A program made the position numbers and the translations under genes. A stretch of 26,828 nucleotides of DNA from Thermoprotei archaeon (lineage in GTDB: Archaea; Thermoproteota; Thermoprotei; QMSL01; B3-G16): positions 1 to 26,828 of the forward strand of contig QMSL01000001.1 in NCBI GenBank assembly GCA_003649665.1. The letters run 5' to 3'. Shown one piece after another: positions 17,630 to 25,181 of the stretch. Below the pieces are notes generated by a model. It did no database searches. It was not told where the DNA came from and was given only the letters and a program-made list of their open reading frames with translations. Within the stretch, counting starts at the first letter, position 1; every line of letters begins with the position of its first letter.

Positions 17630-17907
17630 TAAATTAGTAACACCTTGACTTCTAAACGAGTTATATCATTAGCTTACAGCGTTTCCTTTAAATTGATTAT
17701 TTTGTTATACTGCCTACTATACGTCACTTTCCTCTAATCTAGGTATTCAAGAGAAAATATCTAACATCCCTCATTATTAGATTAAAGCTAGTAACGAGGG
17801 GTTACTATTACGTCACTCATGACTTGAAGCCTCTCTTTTAAACATGTAGACTAGGATTTCGCTATTTCATGAATCTTAAGGGAGAAGTTCATTTGTAAGA
17901 CATGGTT

Positions 17908-18002
17908 TGGCGGGCCGGCCGGGATTTGAACCCGGGACCGCCGGGTTAAGAGCCCGGCGCTCTAGGTGGCGGCTCGCCTCTACCTGGCTGAGCTACCGGC
18001 CC
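17908..18002 (-). tRNA. tRNA-Lys(CTT) with 18-nt non-canonical intron at 22/23 (17979-17962), CCA encoded
   Basis: Minus strand reads GGGCCGGTAGCTCAGCCAGGTAG[AGGCGAGCCGCCACCTAG]AGCGCCGGGCTCTTAACCCGGCGGTCCCGGGTTCAAATCCCGGCCGGCCCGCCA. Anticodon CTT at 17950-17948. AGGT/ACCT helix flanked by two AGA bulges. Confidence 0.93.
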
Positions 18003-18108
18003 TCTTCTAAGGAGAGATAAATACACTGGCTGTATTTAAAGGTTAAGTGTTCTCGTTATGAATTATTTTATGAGGGTAATAAATACTAATTCCTCTGTGG
18101 TGATCATC

Positions 18109-19071
18109 ATGTCTAAGAGGAGAGTTATAGCCTCGGCGCCTGGAAAGGTAATATTAGTAGGCGAACACTTCGTAGTTAGAGGAGAGCCAGCAATCGCTGC
18201 TGCGATAACCTTAAGGGCTAGAGCTATTGTGAGTACAAGGAACGATAATGATATTATAATCTCCTCTGAGGATCTAGGGATTAAGAATGTGATAAATAAG
18301 GAGCCGATAAGTGATGAATTAAGGCCTTTAGCTCACGTGGTAAATAAGCTTGTCAGGCTAAGTGGCTATACTGGTGGTCTTGAAGTTAAGATAAAATCTG
18401 AAATTCCTCCCGCCTCTGGTATGGGTTCGTCTGCTGCTGTCTCTGTTGCTTGTGTCGCAGCTCTTAATGAATTGCTCGACGTTGGACTAGGATTGAATGA
18501 TATATGTAAGATTGCTTATGAAGCTGAGGTTATTGTTCATAAGAAGCCTAGTGGAATAGATAACACCATATCTACTTATGGTGGTGTGATAATGTTTAGT
18601 AAAAGGAGTGGCTTCAAGAGAATTCCCTTCGATTCTAGTAGCTTTAAGCTAATTCTAGCTGATTCTGGAATTCCTAGAAATACTGGCGTTATGGTTTCTA
18701 ATGTGCTTTCTCTTTATGAGCGCTATCCCGAGATCTTACAGCCGATATATCGCTCAGCTGGGATTTTAGCTAATGAGTTCGCAAGAGCGTTAGAGCGTGG
18801 GGATATAGTTGCTCTTGGCGAGTTGATGAATATAAATCATGGTCTTCTCTCAGCTATAGGCGTGTCGAATAAGAAGCTTGAGGAATTGGTGTATATCGCA
18901 AGGACTAGTGGAGCTAAGGGTGCGAAGATAACTGGAGCTGGCGGTGGCGGCTTTATAGTCGCAATAGCAGATGTTGACTCATATGAGCAAGTTGTTAATT
19001 CCTTAAAGAGTATAAGTAACAGAGTTATTGTAGCTGATATTAGTAAAGAGGGCGTTTTAATTGAGGACTAG
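18109..19071 (+). CDS. mvk: Mevalonate kinase
   Basis: SAPGKVILVGEH, GHMP motif IPPASGMGSSAA, PSGIDN, KITGAGGGG. GTGGTGA site favours ATG 18109 over the track start 18058. Confidence 0.95.
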   Translation: MSKRRVIASAPGKVILVGEHFVVRGEPAIAAAITLRARAIVSTRNDNDIIISSEDLGIKNVINKEPISDELRPLAHVVNKLVRLSGYTGGLEVKIKSEIPPASGMGSSAAVSVACVAALNELLDVGLGLNDICKIAYEAEVIVHKKPSGIDNTISTYGGVIMFSKRSGFKRIPFDSSSFKLILADSGIPRNTGVMVSNVLSLYERYPEILQPIYRSAGILANEFARALERGDIVALGELMNINHGLLSAIGVSNKKLEELVYIARTSGAKGAKITGAGGGGFIVAIADVDSYEQVVNSLKSISNRVIVADISKEGVLIED

Positions 19072-19132
19072 AGCGCTAACGCATATTAACGCTAAAGCTT
19101 AATATTCCTGTATCTCATATTCTTATCTAGGT

Positions 19133-19227
19133 GCCGGGGTAGCTTAGCCTGGTAGAGCGCCGGACTCATAAAGCCATTAAGGCATGTAATCCGGAGGTCC
19201 CGGGTTCAAATCCCGGCCCCGGCACCA
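19133..19227 (+). tRNA. tRNA-Met(CAT), elongator type, with 18-nt anticodon-loop intron, CCA encoded
   Basis: Acceptor GCCGGGG/CCCCGGC (G1-C72, so not the initiator). Anticodon stem CCGGA/TCCGG with CAT at 19167-19169. Intron is 19171-19188 (37/38) or 19172-19189 (38/39). Ile2 identity is less likely but not formally excluded. Confidence 0.9.
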
Positions 19228-19228
19228 T

Positions 19229-19933
19229 TTACTTTCTCTTCAGCATTTCAACTCTATCGGGATATCCGACTATGACCTTTGATACATGTCTTCCTGAGAA
19301 TATTCCTACTTCTACTACTCCCGGTATTGTCTTAATTTCTCTCTCCATCGATTCGGGATTCTCTAGTGGCTTAAACTTAGTGTCCAAAATTACGTTGCCT
19401 AGTTCGGTAATTAATGGCCCATATTTGTTGGGTTCTCCCCCTCTTAATCTTACGTCTACAGCTCCCATTTTCATTAACTCCTTAGTTACTCTCTTGATTG
19501 CTATAGGTATTACCTCAATTGGTATGTACCTTTTTTCACATAACTTATTGCTAATCTTTCTGTAATCGACTATCACTATAAAATCTCTTGCTGAGTAATC
19601 GACTATCTTCTCTAAAGTATGTGCTGCTCCCCCTCCTTTTATTAGGTTTAGATGTGAATCCACTTCATCAGCTCCATCTATTGCTATATCGAGGTCGGGA
19701 TATTCATTCAATGATGCGATCTTGAAATTATATTCAGCTAGCAGCTGATATGTTCTAAACGAAGTTGGTATCGTTATTATATCTAATCCTTCTCTCTTAA
19801 TTCTCTCAGCTAATATCTTTATGAATAGCTCTACTGTAGTTCCTGATCCCACTCCCACTATTTGTCCGTCTTTTATGAATTCTACGGCTTTCTTCGCCGC
19901 TCTCTCTTTAGCTAATCTGATATCTTTAGACAT
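19229..19933 (-). CDS. rpiA: Ribose-5-phosphate isomerase A
   Basis: VGVGSGTT, DIAIDGADEVD, LIKGGGAAHTLEKIV, PIEVIP, IPGVVEVGIF. Confidence 0.97.
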   Translation of the reverse strand: MSKDIRLAKERAAKKAVEFIKDGQIVGVGSGTTVELFIKILAERIKREGLDIITIPTSFRTYQLLAEYNFKIASLNEYPDLDIAIDGADEVDSHLNLIKGGGAAHTLEKIVDYSARDFIVIVDYRKISNKLCEKRYIPIEVIPIAIKRVTKELMKMGAVDVRLRGGEPNKYGPLITELGNVILDTKFKPLENPESMEREIKTIPGVVEVGIFSGRHVSKVIVGYPDRVEMLKRK

Positions 19934-20008
19934 ATTCGTTCCCTATTAATGCGATTAGGAAGGTAAAAATAAATCTCTGTTCGCAGAGTAATGAAGGGGT
20001 ATTGCGTA

Positions 20009-20662
20009 ATGCGTTACGATGATTTAATGCATAAAGGCGTTCCGAGAGAATATCTCGCCCAGTACGGATACTACTTCACTCCAGGAGCGACTACGGTGGG
20101 TCTTGTAGCTAAGGATGGTGTCGTACTTGCCTCAGAGAAGCGTGTTACCTATGGTTTTACGCTCATGAGTAAATCCGGGAAGAAGATCTTCAAGATCAAT
20201 GATAGACTTGGTATAGCATGTGCTGGCCTTGTAAGCGATATGCAGAGTATAGCGAGAATTCTCGCTGCCGAGGCAAGGCTTTATGAATTAGAAAATGGTC
20301 GTATAATGCCTGTAAGGGCTGCTGCAAAGCTCCTTTCAGTAGTTCTGTTCAATCAGCGCTTACTTCCTCTCTTAACTGAGACCATAGTAGGAGGAATAGA
20401 TGAGACTGGCCCTCACCTATTCGTGCTGGATGCAATAGGCTCGTTAATAGAGGATAAATATGCTGCTTTAGGAAGTGGGGCTCAAATAGCCATAGGTGTA
20501 ATTGAGAATGCATATAAGGATGGAATTACTGTGGATGAGTGTGAGAAGATAGCGGTTAATGCAGTAAAAAGCGCCATATCTAGAGACGCCATAAGTGGTG
20601 ATGGCGTGGATGTATTAATTATAACGCAGGATAAGGCTCTTGAGAAATTCTATCCTGTTTAG
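20009..20662 (+). CDS. psmB: 20S proteasome beta subunit, probably the non-catalytic paralog
   Basis: PGATTVGLV.KDGVVLASEKR, GLVSDMQ, ALGSGAQIAIG, RDAISGDG. Ala occupies the Thr1 position. Start 20009 (AGGGGT site) or 19991. Confidence 0.92.
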   Translation: MRYDDLMHKGVPREYLAQYGYYFTPGATTVGLVAKDGVVLASEKRVTYGFTLMSKSGKKIFKINDRLGIACAGLVSDMQSIARILAAEARLYELENGRIMPVRAAAKLLSVVLFNQRLLPLLTETIVGGIDETGPHLFVLDAIGSLIEDKYAALGSGAQIAIGVIENAYKDGITVDECEKIAVNAVKSAISRDAISGDGVDVLIITQDKALEKFYPV

Positions 20663-20670
20663 GGTTAGAT

Positions 20671-21636
20671 ATGAGCCTCCCAAAGGAGTTAATAGCTACA
20701 TATAAGAAGCAGGGCTATCATTTTGTTGGGAGATATGGTTTAGTAAAGCCATGTAGGTGGCTTAAGATTAGCTTGAAGACTAGAGGGGAAAGGTACTGTT
20801 ATAAGCAGAAGTTCTATGGCGTGCCTTCTCATAGATGTCTTCAGGCATCTCTATACCCTGGCTGTACGCAGAGATGTCTGTATTGCTGGAGGGCAAGCGC
20901 CACTGATTTAAGGATACCATGGCGTGAGATACCCCCACCAGATGACTTAGATGAACCGGAACAATTGTTAGATGCCATGATAGAGGAGCATCGTAGGATT
21001 TTAAGTGGCTATAAGGGATGGCCGAACATAGATCTCAAGATGTGGGAGGAAGCAAGAAACCCTGTACACTTTACGCCATCACTAGTAGGTGAGCCTACAC
21101 TTTATGGAGCTGAGAGGCTTAGTAGAATATTTGATTACGCGTTTAAAAAAGGCTTTAAGACCGTCTTTCTAGTGACTAATGGTACGCTTCCTGAGGTTCT
21201 TGAAAGTCTTGATGTGCTTCCATCCCAGCTATATATAAGCCTAAGCGCGCCTAATGAGGAGACTTATAAGAAAGTTTGTCGTCCCATTCTTCCAGATGGA
21301 TGGAATAGGGTTATGCATAGTATCGAACTTCTTAATAGCTTTAACATACCCACAGTATTGCGCATAACGCTAGTCGAAGGATATAACATGCATAGTCCTG
21401 AACTTTACGCTAAAATAATACTTCGTGGCGAGCCAACATATGTAGAGGTTAAGGCAGCAATGGCATTAGGCTTCTTTAGAATGCGCCTTCCAGTTGAAGC
21501 AATGCCAAGGCATGAGAAGGTAAAGGACTTTGCACTTAAACTAGCGGAATTGACCGGGTACAACGTAATTGATGAATCGCTGCATTCAAGGGTAGTCTTA
21601 TTAAGCAGACTTAAATCCCCAATAAGGCTTTATTAA
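20671..21636 (+). CDS. taw1: 4-demethylwyosine synthase (radical SAM)
   Basis: N-terminal KPCRW..CYKQKFYGV.SHRC, CxxxCxxC (CTQRCLYCWR), SLVGEPTLY, FLVTNGT, PTYVEVK. Confidence 0.93.
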   Translation: MSLPKELIATYKKQGYHFVGRYGLVKPCRWLKISLKTRGERYCYKQKFYGVPSHRCLQASLYPGCTQRCLYCWRASATDLRIPWREIPPPDDLDEPEQLLDAMIEEHRRILSGYKGWPNIDLKMWEEARNPVHFTPSLVGEPTLYGAERLSRIFDYAFKKGFKTVFLVTNGTLPEVLESLDVLPSQLYISLSAPNEETYKKVCRPILPDGWNRVMHSIELLNSFNIPTVLRITLVEGYNMHSPELYAKIILRGEPTYVEVKAAMALGFFRMRLPVEAMPRHEKVKDFALKLAELTGYNVIDESLHSRVVLLSRLKSPIRLY

Positions 21637-21650
21637 GTTGAGGAACGATC

Positions 21651-22319
21651 ATGAGCGGATATGAAGAGTATATTGAAAGAGTTAAAGAGGCAATTAAGGT
21701 AGTTGAGGAAAAGGACGGGAGACGCGAGCTCCTTATTAGGAAGGGTAGGGATATAATGTCGTCTATAAGGAAGGCAATAAACTACATTCATATGAATAGG
21801 TTAGAGGAGGCGGAATCCCTACTTAACAAAATTAAGGAGTCGCTTTTCTCATTGATGGATGAGGTTGCTAAAATTCCCTCGCTTTTATATAGCGGTACAA
21901 TGAACAACTTAATTCAAGAATACGTAGAGGCTACAACATATTTTATGATAGTAAAGGAGGGCGTAATCCCCTCTTACGAGGAGTATAGGCTTACAGATAT
22001 CGCTCAATATTTTACGGGTTTAGCTGATGTAATAGGTGAGCTTAGGCGTAGGGTGTTGGAGTACATTCGAAAAGGAAAACTTAAGGATGCTGAGCATACA
22101 TTTCACGTAATGGAGTCTCTTTATAGTGCGTTATTAGAGGTTGTACATTACGATCCTGTAGTTCCTGGAATCAGACATAAGTGTGATGTGGCGAGAGTGC
22201 TTGTTGAAAATACTAGAAGTGAAGTTGTTAGAGCTAAGCTAAGTTTTAACGTCATGACCTCTATTAATAGACTGCTAGAAATACTTGAGAAGAGTGTTCA
22301 ACATGAGGACTCTAGATGA
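21651..22319 (+). CDS. Translin/TRAX family RNA-binding nuclease
   Basis: DGRRELLIRKGRDI, QEYVEA and GLADVIGELRR (TRAX-type acidic residues), RHKCDVAR. Confidence 0.9.
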   Translation: MSGYEEYIERVKEAIKVVEEKDGRRELLIRKGRDIMSSIRKAINYIHMNRLEEAESLLNKIKESLFSLMDEVAKIPSLLYSGTMNNLIQEYVEATTYFMIVKEGVIPSYEEYRLTDIAQYFTGLADVIGELRRRVLEYIRKGKLKDAEHTFHVMESLYSALLEVVHYDPVVPGIRHKCDVARVLVENTRSEVVRAKLSFNVMTSINRLLEILEKSVQHEDSR

Positions 22320-22983
22320 TAGGATAAGGCGTATTGCTCCTCCCTGGTTTTCCATTGAAAGGGCTAGGCGCTCCCAGAGAATACTTGCTTCCCTAGTAAA
22401 GGAAGTTGATGAACTTCCAGAGAGGATAAGAACAGTTGGCGGAGCTGATATAGCGTATAAAGGTGATATCGCATATGGTGTAGCAGTACTTCTAGATTTC
22501 CCCTCATTGGTGGTTAAAAAATACGCAGTAAGTTCTATTAAGGTCAAATTCCCCTATATTCCAACTCTCTTAGCATTTAGAGAAGCAGGACCAATAATAG
22601 ATGCTGTCAAAAAACTTGGACAATTTCCTGATATCCTCTTCGTAGATGGTCAAGGTAGGGCTCATCCCTATAGACTTGGTTTAGCTTGCCATGTAGGTGT
22701 AGTACTAGACATACCTACTATCGGTATAGCCAAGAAAAAACTATGTGGTAAAATAGGCCCATTTAAAAATGGTTGGGCTCCCATAATTGATAACGGTGAA
22801 GTCGTAGGTGCTGCTTTAATTACAAAGGAAGGATGTAATCCTATATACGTTAGCGTAGGTCATAAAGTCTCACTTGAAACCGCAATTAAATTAACGCTTA
22901 AATGTATTCGTGGTCATAAACTTCCTGAGCCAGTTCGCCTTGCTCATAACATCGCAACAAGGATTCGTAGGTCGGGATTATGA
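22303..22983 (+). CDS. nfi: Endonuclease V (deoxyinosine 3' endonuclease)
   Basis: GGADIAY, FPYIP wedge, LAFRE, VDGQGRAHP, PIYVSVGH, PEPVRLAH. Confidence 0.95.
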   Translation: MRTLDDRIRRIAPPWFSIERARRSQRILASLVKEVDELPERIRTVGGADIAYKGDIAYGVAVLLDFPSLVVKKYAVSSIKVKFPYIPTLLAFREAGPIIDAVKKLGQFPDILFVDGQGRAHPYRLGLACHVGVVLDIPTIGIAKKKLCGKIGPFKNGWAPIIDNGEVVGAALITKEGCNPIYVSVGHKVSLETAIKLTLKCIRGHKLPEPVRLAHNIATRIRRSGL

Positions 22984-23654
22984 AGGGCGATTTGCTGATA
23001 ACATTATATACCCTCGCCCTAATGGGTGCACATAGAAAACCCATCTTAATTTCAACTACGAAGCTTGCTGAACGGTTAGGAGTTTCGCAACAAACTGCAT
23101 CTCGGAGACTTTTGGACTTAGAGAAAAACGGTATGATTCGAAGGGAACTCTCTCCCCGCGGAAGTCTCATATACATAACTGAAAAGGGGATGAAGGCGTT
23201 ACGAGACCTATACGAAGGTCTTGCTATGATATTCGAGGCTAAGAAAGAGCTGAAAGGTATCCTGACACTCAAAGGTAAGGTATTTACTGGTTTAGGAGAA
23301 GGTGCATATTACGTCACGATCCCGTATTACTATAAGCAGTTCTCTAGGATATTAGGAGGCCCTCCTTATCCAGGAACCCTCAATTTACGCTTAGAGGATG
23401 AAGAAAGCCTAGCTAATAGGAAATTCTTAGACTCAATGCCCGGCATCTACATACCTGGGTTCTCTGATGAACGAAGGAGCTATGGTGGTGTCAAGTGCTT
23501 TAAGGTTCTTATTAATGGTGAAGAAGGTTTATTGCTCTTAATCGAACGTACTCACTATCCTCCTAACGTAATAGAGATAATTTCCAAGAAGAAGCTTCGT
23601 GAGGCCTTAAGCCTTAAGGACGGCGATCTAGTTACTGTTAAGGTCCTTCTCTAA
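22980..23654 (+). CDS. ribK: CTP-dependent riboflavin kinase with N-terminal winged HTH (RbkR type)
   Basis: HTH TTKLAERLGVSQQTASRRL; kinase GKVFTGLGEGAYY, PYPGTLN, ERTHYP, LREALSLKDGD. Confidence 0.93.
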   Translation: MKGDLLITLYTLALMGAHRKPILISTTKLAERLGVSQQTASRRLLDLEKNGMIRRELSPRGSLIYITEKGMKALRDLYEGLAMIFEAKKELKGILTLKGKVFTGLGEGAYYVTIPYYYKQFSRILGGPPYPGTLNLRLEDEESLANRKFLDSMPGIYIPGFSDERRSYGGVKCFKVLINGEEGLLLLIERTHYPPNVIEIISKKKLREALSLKDGDLVTVKVLL

Positions 23655-24335
23655 TAGATCCCTAATTTTATTCAATATGTCATGTGTCTTCGTTAGAGGA
23701 TATTCCTTATAGAGTTCCCTTAATCGAATAATTTTAGCACTTAAACCCCTTTGCTTAATCTCCCTCCTCAATGTCTCCTCATCTATTGGTTGATCTGGTC
23801 CTAATAGCACTATGTCTGGTCTCACTCTCTCCAATATCTTGAATATGTCCTCCTCATCCCCAAGATATGCTTGGTCAACCCACTTCACGTTTTTTATAAC
23901 CTCTAGCCTCTGCGCTTCTGGAACTACTGGCTTTCTGCCCTTAAACTTAGCGACGTTGACATCTCTAGCCACTACAACATGCACTTCTCCAAGTTCCCAC
24001 GCTTTCTTAAGTAGATATAGATGTCCTGGATGTAATATTTCAAATGTACCTGCAACTAATACTTTAGGGAGTCTCTTTCTCTTCGGCCATTTGAATTCTA
24101 TTAGCTTGAGCTCTCTCATTGCATCAAGTATACCTTCCGCATATGATATACAGGCGATTCCCGTGTAATAATCTCCCCTTCTCATATAATATTCCGAATC
24201 GGTTACGTATGCTTTAACTAAATTCACTAGCCTTTGGACTATGTCCTTATTTTTTAGTATTTTCATCCCCTTTAGAACCTCCTTTACACTATCTATGTAA
24301 GCACTCAACCTCGTATGCGGTGTTATCTTCATCAT
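23628..24335 (-). CDS. ribL: DUF357 domain fused to FAD synthetase (RibL, cytidylyltransferase fold)
   Basis: N-terminal AYVTDSEYY...GDY..GIACISYAEGILDA (DUF357). C-terminal VAGTFEILHPGH (HxGH), VVARD, RPDIVLLGPDQ. Confidence 0.85.
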   Translation of the reverse strand: MMKITPHTRLSAYIDSVKEVLKGMKILKNKDIVQRLVNLVKAYVTDSEYYMRRGDYYTGIACISYAEGILDAMRELKLIEFKWPKRKRLPKVLVAGTFEILHPGHLYLLKKAWELGEVHVVVARDVNVAKFKGRKPVVPEAQRLEVIKNVKWVDQAYLGDEEDIFKILERVRPDIVLLGPDQPIDEETLRREIKQRGLSAKIIRLRELYKEYPLTKTHDILNKIRDLLEKDLNSN

Positions 24336-25141
24336 CTAATCACCATATTTAGCACAATATCCTCCGGGGCCTTAGCCAATACCATTAATGCCTCTGCCTC
24401 AGTAAAGTGAAGAGGACCCGGAACTACTATGCAGTGAGGAGGAGGACCAAAGTCTATGTTACTAATTTCACTTAATGTATTGGCTCTTACAAGTACATCT
24501 GGTGATCCTGCACGCGCTATTCCTACTATGAGCCTCTCATCTGTGAATATACCCTCACCTCTTCTTCGTTCAAGTTCTCGGAGTATGTTAATTGCATCGT
24601 TAATCGTCATTATTCTTCCCTCTTCAACCCTTATATCAAGTAAAAGGATTGTATGAAGTTTACATTTAAGATTCTCCTTGGTTACATCATATGGCGTCTC
24701 TGAGTATCTCCCATCTTCTGGAAAAACTACTGTTACTGTTCTGCCGAATTTATACGCATGGAGACCCGTTACTCCTGGGATGGCAGTTAATATCGAAACT
24801 CCATGTATTACCCTCGTCTTTATTCCTTTTCTCTCAGCTTCTATTCTTAAAGCCATATGCGTAGTGGCTATAAAGGGGTCCCCTGGAATCAATATAACGA
24901 CTTTTTTCCTCATTGCCTCTTCTATCACCTTGTATGAGTAATCCTCTAAATCCTTTCTATGTAATTCAATGATATCCTCTCTCTTCAATAGTTCTCTTAG
25001 CCTCTTCATACTAAGCCCTGGCATTATGCTTGTATACCTCTCAATGTATATCACGTCGGCTTTTCTCGCTACCTCTACGGCTTCTACGCTCATCGACTTC
25101 TCTGAGTGAAGTCCCATTCCTATAAATATTAACTCCCCCAT
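24332..25141 (-). CDS. dph5: Diphthine synthase
   Basis: LIFIGMGL, ERYTS, LIPGDPFIATTH, HGVSI, YKFGRTVT, HTILLLDI, DFGPPPHCIVVPG.LHFTE. Start set at ATG 25141; the track start 25204 overlaps aIF2-gamma. Confidence 0.95.
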   Translation of the reverse strand: MGELIFIGMGLHSEKSMSVEAVEVARKADVIYIERYTSIMPGLSMKRLRELLKREDIIELHRKDLEDYSYKVIEEAMRKKVVILIPGDPFIATTHMALRIEAERKGIKTRVIHGVSILTAIPGVTGLHAYKFGRTVTVVFPEDGRYSETPYDVTKENLKCKLHTILLLDIRVEEGRIMTINDAINILRELERRRGEGIFTDERLIVGIARAGSPDVLVRANTLSEISNIDFGPPPHCIVVPGPLHFTEAEALMVLAKAPEDIVLNMVIR

Positions 25142-25181
25142 ACGCTTACCTTTAAATTTGACATTTTTCTCTTTCATTAGG

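Noticed and set aside
13538-17907. CRISPR array, integrase or IS element in the accessory block
   Set aside because: No regularly spaced 25-40 nt repeats and no recombinase or transposase ORF.
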